A stretch of 64,000 nucleotides of DNA from Nemertoderma westbladi. Lineage: Eukaryota > Animalia > Xenacoelomorpha. The position numbers and the translations under genes were made by a program. The notes beneath the pieces are model-generated. The model ran no database searches, was not told the DNA's origin, and saw nothing but the letters and a program-made list of their open reading frames with translations. Positions within the stretch are counted from its first letter, which is position 1. Each line of letters opens with the position of its first letter. The stretch is from NCBI GenBank assembly GCA_032718475.1, contig JAUCBJ010000916.1, positions 1 to 64,000 on the forward strand. Direction: 5' to 3'. Shown piece by piece: positions 40,716 to 53,772 of the stretch.

Positions 40716-41600
40716 TGTAATTGTGTAATTGTTGTAATTGTGCTGGATTACGCAATGAGGACGGCCACAAAGGGTGAAGATCTGGGATTCACACTTCAAG
40801 AACGCAGAAGTAGTAGATATCCGGCAACTACAGTCACAGACACCGACTTTGCGGATGACATCGCCCTGCTCTCTAATACGCTAGCAGATGCACAGCTTCT
40901 ACTAAATAAAGTGGAGAGGGCTGCTATGGAGGTTGGATTGCATATAAATGCTACCAAGACCGAATTCATGACTTTTAATGTTGATGGAAACTTGACAACC
41001 ATTGATAATAATCAACTAAGGAAGGTCGATGACTTCCAGTACCTTGGATCGTGGATAGAGAGTAGCAAAAAGGACATAGAAGTTAGGAAAGCAAAGGCTT
41101 GGGTAGCTCTATCAAAAATGGATACCATCTGGAAATCAGATCTCTCCAGGCACCTGAAGACCAAGTTCTTTCGAGCCACAGTGGAAAGTGTATTTTTATA
41201 CGGGGGTGAGACCTGGACACTGACTAAATCACTTGAACAACGAATTGATGGTTGCTACACAAGACTACTAAGAGCAGCCCTAAACATCAGCTGGAGACAA
41301 CACATGACAAACGCCGAGCTTTATGGTACAATACCTCCAGTATCAACCACACTCCGTGAACGCAGATTAAGATTCAGTGGGCACTGCTGGCGAAGTAAAG
41401 ACGAGGTCATACCAGATCTACTTTTCTGGCAAACAACTCATGGAAAGCGTAGTCGTGGACGACCTGCCATAACATATATAGATCAACTTGAAAGGGATAC
41501 TGAACTTGGGAGAAACGAAATTGCGACAACTATGGAGAATCGGGAAGCCTGGAAGGATCTCATTTCCACTGTCCGAGTTCGCTCGACCTAGTAGTAGTAG
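40716..41600 (+). mobile_element. 5'-truncated RTE-clade retrotransposon (element B) nested in element A
   Basis: Open RT C-terminal half (DTDFADDIAL, FQYLGS, RFSGHCWR, RGRP..T) and a (TAG)n tail. 12-bp TSD TATCAAAAAAGA at 40704-40715 and 41601-41612. Confidence 0.92.
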
Positions 41601-42545
41601 TATCAAAAAAGAAAGACAGGCATCTGGCTGTTATCTTTGTTGACTTCTTCAAGGCATTTGATTCAGTCTCTCGCTCACGTGTTCAGCATACTTTCATTAT
41701 ATGGGATTCCTGATGAAATTATTGCAGCAATCAGATCAGTATACGATGGTTCGACAACATTTGTGTCTACTGTTGACGGTGACACAGAACCATTTGAAGT
41801 GTTATGGGGCGTCCTCCAAGGAGACACACTTGCACCATTCTTGTTCATTATTGTGGTTGACTATGTTCTACGCATGTCCTTAGATCATCATAATGATGAT
41901 GGGGTGATGATAACTCCACCTACTGGCTCCAGAAGTCGAGGAAATCCTGCCAAGTACCTAACTGATCTAGACTTTGCTGATGACTTAGGAGTACTCTCAG
42001 AATCATTAGAGGGAGCCCAGCGGCTCCTTAGCTCATTAGAACATGGTGCTTCTAGTGTTGGTCTTTTTATTAACTCCAGAAAGACCAAAATTCTGACAGT
42101 TAACTTTGAAAGTCCTCAGCAAGTCTCTGATCGGATGAACATAAGCTCAAAGGATGGTATGCTTGAGCATGTGGACGACTTCTGTTACCTGGGATCATGG
42201 ATCCGGAAGTCAGGTGAGGACCTTCGAATACGTAAGGGAAAGGCATGGGCAGCCTTGAATAGGCTTTCCAGGATTTGGAAGTCACCTAGAATTAATCGGA
42301 AACTTAAGGTCCGATTATTTAGAGCTGCAGTAGTTCCAGTACTCCTCTACGGGAGTCCATGCTGGGCTCTAACTGCTGAGGACACCAAATCTCTGGATGG
42401 CACATTCACAAGAATGCTACGCCGGGTACATTGTGTCAAGTACAATGCACACATCTCCAACCAGACACTATATAACATTGGAGGTGTCTCATTGGTTCCC
42501 CCAAGCTTGACACTAGAACAAAATCGCCTCCGCTTTGCAGGACAT

Positions 42546-42696
42546 AAAGGATAACATACAGGACCCCTTGGAAATAAGCTGCAAAGCTTTAGGGGTAATC
42601 CTATATGTTATGTTGGACAATACCTTTATACCGGTACATTGTTTGGTGTATTTGTTATTGTTTTTACATAATGTATAAATAAATCTATCTATCTAT
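42546..42696 (+). mobile_element. Short 3'-end fragment of a LINE/SINE (stem-loop, AATAAA, (TCTA)n tail) inserted in RTE A
   Basis: Duplication GACAT at 42541-42545 and 42697-42701. Removing the insert restores RFAGHCFRREDQPVHNLVLWQP. Confidence 0.75.
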
Positions 42697-43139
42697 GACA
42701 TTGCTTTCGCCGTGAGGACCAGCCAGTGCATAATCTTGTACTTTGGCAGCCTCATGGAGTAAATAAGCATGGTGGACAGCCCATGACTTTCTTGAGACGC
42801 ATCTTAAAGGACACTGGCCTTAAAGATGCGGATGATCTAGCAAATGTCATGGGTGATAGGGAGTTGTGGCGGTGCAATTTTGTTAACAAGCCGGCACAGC
42901 ATTCTTAAAAATGCAGCTGCAATGCAGCATGCCGATCCTAGTAGTAGACTTCAAGTCAAGTGATGTAAAATCAAGGTACATATTGTCAAGCAAGTTACGT
43001 CATTCAAGTAACTTCAAGTCAAGAAAACCAATAACCAATTTCATAAAAATTTCCAGAAGGGCGGAGTATCTATCGAGACACACCTGGAACCTAAAAATGA
43101 TTTTTTTTTTGTATTTTTATTTTTGTGTCTATGATTGAG

Positions 43140-44050
43140 GGTCACTTAATTGCACTAAAAACCAAAAATTGGCACATTTTCGAAGATTATATTAGAAATA
43201 TAATTGATAATTGTTTTAAAAGCCGTTCTCGAGAAAAGGTACATTTATCTCTAAATTTCACGAAAAAGTAAATGCGGAGAAAAACGTATTTAAAGTTATC
43301 AAACCTTCCCGCTAATTTTGTGTAAATCGCGGGAAATTTCAAAAATAACCAAAATATAATAAAATACACCAGCGAACCAAAATTTACGATTTTGGGGTTT
43401 TCGTAGTCGCTGATTTCATTTCTGATATCTGTTTTCATGTTTGATGACATCTGGACTGCCTGTCTTTTTGTCTGTCTGACTGTCTGTCTGTCTGACTGTC
43501 GGTCTCACAGACAAATATAAGTAAACACTCATTACATTACTATAATTTCTGAAATGGGGGTTTTCCTAGTCGCTGATTTCATTTCCGATGTCATTTTTAA
43601 TATAAAAAAATAATAACCAATGGTAGGTGGGATCTGTATGTCTGTATTTATTTAAGTCTCTCTTGACATACAGATCGATGACAGACAAATATACAGGCAT
43701 AATAGACTCCTCCAGGAAAGATAACACCAGAAATGAAATCACAGACCTTAAAAAACCCCACAGTGACATTTTTAGTTAAGTAGTGTGCTTCGTTATGTTA
43801 AATGACAGACAGACCGACAGACAGACAAACAAACTAGATTTACGCAAATTTGAAAACTGACCCCGGAAATGAAATCCTCGACCACGATAACCCATGTCTC
43901 AATACTTTTAGTTAAGTGGTCTACATAATTTTTTGACAAGCAGAAAAAACAGACCTATGTAATAGACACAAAAACACTAAAAACAGACAACTTAAGCTTA
44001 TGATATGATGTTAGGATTTCGATTTCTGAAATCTACGTTAAATTCTGATT
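43140..44050. repeat. Interspersed repeat with CTGT/GACA microsatellite motifs and internal inverted segments; related copy at ~46400-47300
   Basis: Shared strings such as aaaccttcccgc..attttt and gatttcatttc/gaaatgaaatc in both orientations. Ends are not resolved. Confidence 0.5.
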
Positions 44051-44779
44051 TAGAATTAATAAGTTGATAAGTTATTGCCGCCGACTATGCCGTAAGACTA
44101 TGACTCTATAACTATATATAATACTTTATCAGAAGACTGCCTCTGTAAGTAAGCAATCAGTCTGTGATGTGTAACTGCAAGCCTATTTAATCCCAGCTGT
44201 TTCTGTTATTATTTATTCCGTTGCCTTGACAGTGCATCTTAGCAACTAAACGCCTCATGTAATTGTATTGGCTGTTACTGCTTTCTACCTTACCCTCAGC
44301 TTATGTCGAGTCTGTGTAGTGATTTTAGCATCACCCGCTTTAATTCGATATTGGAACATAAGCAGTCTGTAAAGCTAGGCATTCTATTGAGCTAGTGTAA
44401 GCCAGGCAGTCTGCTCTGCTCTGTATAAATTTGCTCCATTTACCCATTTACGTAGCTGTTGCCTAGAGTGAATGGAGTTCATTCACACAAGCTGGTCAGG
44501 GAATACACCGACACCGAATAGACTAGAATTCCTCAAAACAGTACTTTTGGTGGTGTATGTACTTTATACACTTTCGCGGAACACAAATCATCCCTCTCCT
44601 GATATTACACATTTTTTAGTAACATTCCAATTTTCTGACGGGGGGGGGGGGGGGGGGGTAATTACCCCCCAGCAGCTATCAGCAGACAGCTATCAGCTAC
44701 TAGCCAATAGCTACCAGCCGATACAAACTACAGTATATAAATAAATACGATAAAAAAACGATAAAAAAACGATAAAAAC

Positions 44780-46290
44780 GATACAAACTTATTTATTTCA
44801 GGTGAAAACGTAGATAAATTGATATCAAAAAAGAACAATGAAATACATAAATTATATCAATGGATTTCCTTAAATAAATTATTTAAATCTCGATAAAACA
44901 AAATATATTGTGTTCACTATGAAGCCTCATAATTCAAAAAACAAAGGATAGAAATTGATGGGCAAAAAATAAACAATGCTGAAAATACAAAATGTATTGG
45001 TGTCCACCCTAAATCGAATTTCTCATGGCACTTAAATAAACAAAATCTTCGTATAAAAAGTTCGAAAAATGTAGGTGTAATAAATAAGATCAAGCATTTT
45101 GTTTCGATACAAATTAGAAGCTCCTATATAACACATTGGTTGAACCTTGCCAATGTATGCATTACCATTTGGGGTAATTGAAATATGACTGCACTCTAGA
45201 GTTGAAACGGAGACCTATTTTTCTTAATCCCGGTGAACCAGAGACCTACCGAGAGAATTATTTTGGTAAATACCGGAGACCAGAGCCAGAGATCAGAGAC
45301 TTTGCTTATTTTTGTACTTATAATATGGTTATGGCACAAACAGGTACGTATGAACTGATAACTATTTATAGTTGAATTACAGTAAATCTAACTGATTCAA
45401 CCCTTACCTAATGAAAAAAAATAAGCGCAAGCACAGTTTGGGTTAATGTTAATATGTTTACATTAATTTGTTTTGCTACATAGGGATTTTGTTAAATAAA
45501 AAAGGCACTTAATTCACAACTTTTAATGGACTCTAAAAACTTGTTCATTTACGAATATAGTTAGTGCACAGGTCCAGTACTCTACTCGACCCTATTGCAA
45601 GTCTCGTTACGCTCGTTCTCTTCATTTGGTCGCCGTAACTTGTTCATTTACGAATATAGTTAGTGCACAGGTCCAGTACTCTACTCGACCCTATTGCAAG
45701 TCTCGTTACGCTCGTTCTCTTCATTTGGTCGCCGTAATATATAGCCTACAACAAGGTGAAAAGAGCTCTGCCTTTACTTTTACATGTAAACTTTATGGGA
45801 GCTCAAATTAAGCACCCTTATTCTTAAATAAGAACTTATCTTACTTTCTTTAGGAGCAAAATTAACTGAAAATGAAACGTACCTTAAATTAAATAGAAGA
45901 TTACCGGTTGGTTCATTTAGTATGAGCTTAAAAATTGGGTAAAAGTTGCTATGTAATTTTATTGAAGCGGAGTATTGAAAATAGTTAAAACTTAAAGTAA
46001 TTATTTTTATAGTAAAAAAATATTTGTGATAAAATCTTCCATTTTTCATTTTATCTTGTACAAGGAAAATATATATTTTTAATTTGAAAAATCACTGATC
46101 TCTGGGTATAATGTGTGTTTTCAATACACGGGAACCAGAGACCTATCCAGAGTCCAAAAAAACTGCCCGGAGAATCCAGAGAAAAGTGACAGGTCTCTGT
46201 TTCAACTCTACAGCACTCTTAATCCTCTAGTCCGCCTACAAAAGAAAGCTGTCCTCATTATTGAATTAAAACCACACCGACACCCAACAC
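44780..46290 (+). pseudogene. Old LINE (CR1/L2-like) RT C-terminal remnant interrupted by a MITE
   Basis: Broken-frame peptides DKTKYIVF, KNVGVINKIKHFV, ITIWGN and, after the MITE, LNPLVRLQKKAVLII. Confidence 0.6.
45197..46210. mobile_element. hAT-like MITE
   Basis: TIR tagagttgaaacRgagacct at both ends. 8-bp TSD ctgcactc (45189-45196) / cagcactc (46211-46218). Subterminal ccagaga motifs and an internal 99-bp tandem duplication at 45538-45736. Confidence 0.82.
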
Positions 46291-47993
46291 AATAAATTTG
46301 ACAATCAAAGAACCAACACTTCCCCGAATAAACGCCTACCCAATATTAATTTTGAATGTGTCTCAGACGTGGTAGCAGAATAAGTGAAAAAAATTATTTT
46401 GATCACCAGAAATTTTTAAAGTGAAAAATGTTATTTGTAAAAAGTGAAAAAAATCACATATTTTGGCCGTTTTTTGTGATGTAACTTTTTACATTTCTAA
46501 CCTACATGTCTAAATGTGGTACCACCTATAAAGGATTAGTAGAAGAACATATACTGAAAATCTCATGCAATTCGGTCCAGTAGTTCCAGAGAAACAGGTA
46601 CATGAGTGAAAAATAAAAACGAAAAATAAAATTCCGCTAGATAAAGCCATATGTTTAAAGTTTTCAAACCTTCCCGCCATTTTTTGTTAAATGGAGTGAT
46701 AATTCAAATTATATTAAAAAAATTAAGAGTAAATAAAGAATTCTAAACTAAGATTTTCGATATGGGGGTTTTCTGGGGTGGTGTTGCATTTCCGATGTCA
46801 GTTTTAACGTTTGATGAATTCCAGACTGTCAGTCTGTCTGTTTATCAGAAAATCTGTCCGTCTGTCAGTCGAAATTTAGGAAAGGACCTACCCCGCTAAC
46901 ACTTTAGTAAAAGGGGTTTTCCTGGTTGGTGATTCCATTTCTGGGGCCAGTATTCAAATATATTGGCTTTGTGTTGGTCTGTAATACCTGTCGGTCTGTC
47001 CGTCAAAATATAACAGACACACAGACTGCCGGATAGACCATCTAAGAATCCTTTAAACGCTGAAACAGACATCAGAAATGGAATCACAGACCAGGAAAAC
47101 CCCTAACAACATTTTCTGTTGTGTATTTCATTCATTATTTTTGACTGACCGACAGACAGGCCAAAAGACAGACAGAGAGACAGGCCAAAATACAGACAGA
47201 GAAACATGTATTGATCACTATAGCAAAGGTTTTATCAGAGACGTACACCCAACAAACTACAAAAAAAAATAGAATCAGGACATTTAGTTCCTATCTATAC
47301 TGCACCCATGACCTAGTTAATCGCACCAATCAACTCAGTTACCAATTATCCCCACAGACATCTGACCTTAGAACTTTGAACCCACACTGTTGATAAATCA
47401 GTAATACCCACTGTTAGGTCGCTAGGGCATACGCAAACAGTAAAAACAATAATAGATTTTAAAACACAATGCAGTAACGTCGCAGATTGCTCTACATTAA
47501 AGCTTTACATTAATTGCTCTACACTGAATACATTAAACCCTTGGGGAGAATTAAGGTGGGTGGAGTGGAGAATGGCCTGGCCCGTTATGGCCGTTTATGG
47601 GGACGTGATGGTACTTCGGCATTGAACGACAGGGAATTCAATATAATTTGTTTTCTAAAATCCATAACTTTGGCCAAAAGTTAGGTTTTTAGCCTTTAGA
47701 CTCATACCTAATGTTATTCGACCCAAAACAATAAACGAGGCCACTAGATAGTACGTGTCACAGTTTAATTATTGCTGGGAATAAAGATTTATGGTAAGAA
47801 ATGGATTTGCTGTAAATTGAAATAAAAGTACTATATTATGCAGCACCTACGACGCAGGACTGAACTAACGACCACTTGCAGGATCTGTACGTATGTAAAA
47901 ACAATGTAAAATATTGTAAGATCAATGTAAAATAATGTAAAATCAATCTAAAAAAACTTCATTTTATAAGTAAATTGGAAAAACCACTATTTA

Positions 47994-48341
47994 AGACCCG
48001 TGCTCCACTGGTAAGTCTTATGTAGTCTTAGTCAGAATAAATTATGGAACACATTGGTTTCAATGTTAGCGTCTCCACTGGTAAATCGTAAGTGTACGAC
48101 CTATGAGTCGAAAGTGATTATGTCCGATGTTCCATCTTTTGACATATGAATCATGTGTTATATCCGCCAAGATGCTGTGATTGGTTACTTTGGGTAACAA
48201 TATCCAGTAAATGTGAGATGCATCTTATATTTTTTATCAAATTACTTATGACTTGTGTTACCAATGGAGCAAGGAGGCATTCATTTTGACATTCTGACTA
48301 AGACAAAATCTGAAAACGACTTACCAGTAGAGCACGGGCCT
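47994..48341. mobile_element. MITE, possibly PIF/Harbinger-like
   Basis: TIR agacccgtgctccactggtaagtc / gacttaccagtagagcacgggcct, flanked by tta / cta. Confidence 0.7.
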
Positions 48342-48559
48342 CTAGTGATGCATTTCATAAAATATCTTCAGAAGGACAAAGGGTTTAATTAGTTAATGTA
48401 AATTAAGTGGGTTATTAAGATTGTATATGAGTACTACTACAGTTAGTAAGTGGTGTAACAGATGGTGGGACCATTTTCGTTTAATTATTAGGTGAATTTT
48501 TTTGGAAATGTGTTACATACTGGCTGTGAATTTTCCCTCGTTAGATAGGATAGTTAGGT

Positions 48560-48758
48560 TCCACCTTGGTGTAGTGGTTGCATTGAAATCCATCACTCTG
48601 GAGGTCGTGGGTTCGATCCCCGCATGTGGCCCAAGGCAGTTTTTGATTCGGCACGAATGGTTTGAACGGGCTAACCAGGGGGCATCTACTATGCCTTGCA
48701 TCCTTAAATGTTAGAGCTCTAACGGTCGAAGAAAACTTTATTTCTATACTTTTTTTTA
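48560..48758 (+). mobile_element. tRNA-derived SINE
   Basis: Pol III A box TGGTGTAGTGG (48567-48577) and B box GGTTCGATCCC (48610-48620), then a tRNA-unrelated body and a simple-repeat/T-rich tail. No clean cloverleaf. Confidence 0.75.
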
Positions 48759-48959
48759 CAAGAAAGTGTTGAAAATTATCTTAAACTAATTGGTAATAAT
48801 GTTTAAAAAATATATAAATGTTGATAATAATTTAACAAACTAATTGCAACTATCAAACTAGTTAGGTAATTCCGGTCAAATTCCGTCCGGAATTGACCCC
48901 ATTCCGGCCGGAACCGGAATCGGGGAAAAACCGCCGTAGTTAAAGTAGTAGAATGTAGT

Positions 48960-49657
48960 TAGTGTTTGTGTGGATAGAACGCGAGCTGTACAGAGGAGAT
49001 CTACAGTAACTAGTGAAGCTCCTATAACTATAGTCTGTTTGTGTGGATAGAACGCGAGCTGTACAGAGGAGATCTACAGTAACTAGTGAGGCTCCTATAA
49101 CTATAGTCTGTTTGTGTGGATAGAACGCGAGCTGTACAGAGGAGATCTACAGTAACTAGTGAGGCTCCTATAACTATAGTCTGTTTGTGTGGATAGAACG
49201 CGAGCTGTACAGAGGAGATCTACAGTAACTAGTGAAGCTCCTATAACTATAGTCTGTTTGTGTGGATAGAACGCGAGCTGTACAGAGGAGATCTACAGTA
49301 ACTAGTGAGGCTCCTATAACTATAGTCTGTTTGTGTGGATAGAACGCGAGCTGTACGGAGGAGATCTACAGTAACTAGTGAGGCTCCTATAACTATAGTC
49401 TGTTTGTGTGGATAGAACGCGAGCTGTACAGAGGAGATCTACAGTAACTAGTGAAGCTCCTATAACTATAGTCTGTTTGTGTGGATAGAACGCGAGCTGT
49501 ACAGAGGAGATCTACAGTAACTAGTGAAGCTCCTATAACTATAGTCTGTTTGTGTGGATAGAACGCGAGCTGTACAGAGGAGATCTACAGTAACTAGTGA
49601 GGCTCCTATAACTATAGTCTGTTTGTGTGGATAGAACGCGAGCTGTACGGAGGAGAT
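48960..49657. repeat. 73-bp minisatellite, about 9.5 near-identical copies
   Basis: tagtctgtttgtgtgg at 49031, 49104, 49177, 49250, 49323 and onward. Confidence 0.95.
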
Positions 49658-49851
49658 ATATTTGCCTTCTGGAATCGGAACAGGTGAGGGGTTTGCGGTT
49701 TTGGAGTGGGAGTTGCTGTGGTTGTGGTGTATGCTGGGAGGGTTTAACTGACACCTTGGGATCTGGTTTCATTGGTATGTGGTTGGAGTTGGATGTTTTA
49801 TTATGATTAGTGCCATTGCTGGTGGCTGATGATGAGTTGATTATATCAGAT

Positions 49852-51030
49852 GGATCTAGGACACTTCCCCCCCGGACACTTCCCCCCCGGACACTTCCCC
49901 CCCGCCCAAGTAGGACACTTCCCCCCCGGACACTTGCCCCCCGGACACTTCCCCCCCAGTTAAAGTGTTAAAATTAATCTGGGTGCATCAAAGCAATAAA
50001 CAAAAGTTAAAGATGGTTACAGGACAAGTTGTATCTAGACAAGTTTTTTCAAAATTATAAAAGAAACATTTTTTAGTCAAATTTTGTTTGTTTTTCTTTT
50101 AATTCCTTTAATTCTTTTAATTTCTTTTAATTGGGGGCTGCCGCCCCCAAACCCCCGCTTATTTTCTTGGGGGCTGCCGCCCCCAAACCCCCGCTTATTT
50201 TCTTGGGGGTTATCGCCCCCAGACCGCGGCATTTCCCTGAGTGCCCGTGGTGAAAGACTTAAGACCACTTTAAAATAATTAATTCATGTTTGTATCATCA
50301 GATAATAAATTGACTAAGCCTAAAGTAGGAGCTGTATTGAATGTTAACCAATTTAATATATAAATTACTACAATATTATATAATTCAACAAAATCCTATT
50401 AAAAATATTGCAAGTAACCAGGAAATTTAATATGTAGTGTGTATAATATCTATATAGTATGTATAGTAGTAATACGTATACCAATATGTAATGCTGAACA
50501 CAGAATACAGGTCGACGCATGTCGATTTTACCCTGGAGAGGTATAATTTTGATTGCAACAATAATATTAATCCCCATCTGCTACAATTTGAAGAATACTA
50601 TTACATAATACCTATAATTAAAACAATTAATTATTATAATTCTATAGTTAATAAAAACAGTATATCATTCCGGGGATGGAATTTATAGGTCATCTAATAT
50701 AATTAATTGTTTAAAGATTAGTAAACAATACGATGTAATTGCATTGATAAAACCCATAAATAAAACTTGGATATAAAATGTAAAATCGGGATGCAAAAGA
50801 TCACTTTCTGAGCTACGAAAGGAAAATTGGATACAAATTATCTGGATACAAGCGGTCCGTTTACCTTACAAAATGAAAAATACGAATGTGCGAAGTTAAG
50901 AACAGTCGGGGGGAAGTGTCCGCGGGGGGGAAGTGTCTGGGGGGGAAGTGTCCGGGGGGGAAGTGTCCTACTTGAGCGGGGGGGGAACTGTCCGGGGGGG
51001 AAGTGTCCGGGGGGGAAGTGTCCGAACACC
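49852..51030. mobile_element. Foldback-type non-autonomous DNA transposon with modular TIRs (Mutator-like by inference)
   Basis: TIRs are tandem GGACACTTCCCCCCC units, inverted at the right end, with GG...CC termini. Perfect 8-bp TSD TATCAGAT at 49844-49851 and 51031-51038. An internal 34-bp repeat occurs about 3 times at ~50130-50225. Confidence 0.85.
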
Positions 51031-51038
51031 TATCAGAT

Positions 51039-51352
51039 TCGGTTTGGTACCTGATATTTGGATTGGATTGTATGTTCCTTCTGCTAGGCTCAACATGTGG
51101 TGCAGAATTTATTACCTGTTGACTTTGTGGTCTGGTGTCAGGGCAGGTTAGGGTATTGCAGCTGAATAGGGGACTATAGCGGTTCCGTGATTTGAGAATG
51201 GGCTGCTTGTTGTCATCACTACTGGGTTTGGAATATTTCGTTGGCCATTTACCTTTGACTGCGATCCAGGGCCCTCCGATGTCGGGATTGTTCTCGGTCT
51301 GGACGGCCTTGTCCTTTGAGGTATCTAGATTGGTATGGGTTAAATGGTGCAA
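51039..51352 (-). pseudogene. Possible CR1-type ORF1 remnant (continues at ~49660-49850 across the foldback element)
   Basis: Peptide W..VKGK...PILKSRNRYSPL resembles the linker before the esterase domain in CR1-type ORF1 proteins. Weak, motif-level evidence only. Confidence 0.35.
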
Positions 51353-51887
51353 AGGTTGACTAAGGAATAATATTAATAATATTCTGCCAACAGAATTTAT
51401 GATACTGAAGTTGAACAGTTTATGGCATTGTGAAAATAATTGGGAATCGAATTTCCCTCCAGTTCTTTATGTAACAAGGCATTTAATTGAATTTCAACAA
51501 TCAACAACAAAAAACTTTAAACGCATTTAACCCAAAATCAGATTTTCTTTGTTAGCGCCCGTTCTAATGTGACCATCACCAATGATGTGGAATATTCCTT
51601 GTCTTCCAAATAAAATAGCTTTAGTTTACCAAAGCGGTATTAAAGTAGGGGCCTAATTAGTTAAATATTTAAATGATAATATTATTATAGGTGGGTGGCC
51701 TAAGATTGCAGGATTTACAGTATGAAAAACTAAAGTAGAAAACAAGCAATACATCAGTATTGCATGGCCTACTTTTCACTTTCTCAATTCATTGGGAAAA
51801 TTATTTTGGTTTCCTAAACAAAATTTAGATTTCTAAATCTTTCTAACCGTTTAGAAATTTTTCACAGTGTACATTTTGAAAAAAAAC

Positions 51888-51938
<51 letters not shown>

Positions 51939-52316
51939 ATCGAAATTATATTATATTAAAAATTCATGATTATAAATAAGTTGTCTCGGGATTTTGAATA
52001 GACAAATAAAAATGAAATTGTAATAAAAGACAAATGTACCAACTAACCCTAACTAGTAAAAAAAGCTAAAATCAAGCCGGAAATGTCTGAAAGAAACTAC
52101 CTGCGGACAGATACTGAAATACATTAGTCTACAGGTCGGTAACAAAATATTATCTAAAATGTAGGCTACCACTGCAGCACTGGGCCACTGTCTCAAGTCT
52201 AGGAACTTGATATAGCCGGTACCTTTTATATAACGTTAGGGTCCTAAAAATAAGCGTATTCGCGTAATGCAGCTGGCCAGCTGCACCGTGCGGGTGGGAC
52301 AGGGAGCGAGTCACCA

Positions 52317-52362
<46 letters not shown>

Positions 52363-52950
52363 GTGGTAATAACACACAGTGTACATTTCTATGTGCGAAT
52401 TAAATATTCGACGTGCTCTTCACTGGCTGTAGGTCACCTTCCTCATTGAGTACAAGATCGCTCTCCTGACATGGAAGACCCTCAATGATTAGAACTGATT
52501 ATCCCTGTTAGAACTGATTATCCCTAACTACTGAACTACAACCGTTGAATATTGTTTTTTATTTTCAACTTCAAGTGTTTTCAAACTTCAAGTTGGTCTT
52601 TTGACATGCCAAATTATGCCAATACTCATTTTTTTCGACTTTTGGGACATGCAAACAATATTGGTCAAAAAACGTTACAAATTTGATATTCCAAAGCAGT
52701 GGCGACATTAAAATTAGACTTTTAAACTAACTGTGACATTATTATTTGTAAAAAAAAATTCAGAAAAACGACCATCTTGTGCCAAATTACTCTATTTAAA
52801 AATTGATGTTCCCAATTGGGAACACTGGTGAACAAATAGAATATCAAAAATTCGAAAGTAATTGTACTCGATGTATTACTCTAAAAAATAGTTTAAAATT
52901 ACATAATTACATAACATATATGTATTATTTACATAACATATATGTATTAT

Positions 52951-53772
52951 TAGGAACCGAGAGGTTCATTACTGTAAGAATTGCTCGTGGCTGGCTGGCT
53001 GGCCAATCTACAACCAAAACTACTCTAACGATTTTGATGAAATTTCGCAGCGGTTGGCTGACCGGATTCTAAGGTCCATGGCATGATCGGCTACTCCGTC
53101 CATAGCCTCTGGGCTCGAAAAATAGACGTAAACGGAAAAAAAGGAACCGAGAGGTTCATTACTGTAAGAATTGCTCGTGGCTGGCTGGCTGGCTAATCTA
53201 CAGCCAAAACTACTCTAACGATTTTGATGAAATTTTCACAGCAGCTAGATACCGCGATTCTAAGGTCCCTGGCATGATCGGCTACTCCGTCCATAGCCTC
53301 TGGGCTCGAAAAATAGACGTAAACGAAAAAACGCCATAGGCGCAATGGTAAAATAAGACCAATAACAGCTGGTGACGTGATGAAAAATGGCTTATGTAAT
53401 GGATTTCTACACAAGGCTTAGTATAAATCGATGAGGTTGCCAAGATTATTGTACTCACATACACCCATATACTGTTCTGACTCGGGGCGAGCCACTAAGT
53501 GAGCGAAGCCTTAGCATATGGGTGCTATTGGCGAGTTGTCTGTCGTCGTCTGTCGTCGTCGTCTGTCGTCGTCGTAAATTTGTGATCGCTAATAACTCGG
53601 TTATTCCTTGATGAAATTAAACGAAATGTATGTAGTCCGTCAAAAGTTTAGAAAGAATCTGAAGTTTCGTAAAAAAACGAACGAACGTAACGTGGCACAA
53701 GAGGAGTTCTGACTAACGGCAGACAACTCGTTAATGGTTCCCATATGCTAAAGGCTTTGCTCACTTCGTGCT
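52951..53772. mobile_element. Helentron/DINE-like non-autonomous remnants: ~190-bp tandem duplication with (GGCT)n, then a ~28-bp inverted repeat around (GTC)n
   Basis: aggaaccgagaggttc at ~52952 and ~53142. IR aagtgagcgaagccttagcatatggg (~53497) / cccatatgctaaaggctttgctcactt (~53740). Confidence 0.5.

Larger units (their letters stand above)
39471..42955 (+). mobile_element. 5'-truncated, decayed RTE-clade retrotransposon (element A), split by two insertions
   Basis: APE C-terminus (QIDHIL..SDH), then RT motifs PKKGNL, NQNGFRKGR, then after the insertion VDFFKAFDS, GVLQGDTLAP, DFADD, FCYLGS, RFAGH. It has stops and frameshifts and a TCAAG tail. Probable TSD TCAAGTGAT at 39462-39470 and 42956-42964. 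Confidence 0.88.

Noticed and set aside
40695-42554. One element with two tandem RT domains
   Set aside because: Explained by nested insertion with a 12-bp TSD.
48560-48640. Functional tRNA gene
   Set aside because: A and B boxes are present, but the acceptor and anticodon stems do not pair and a SINE-like body follows.
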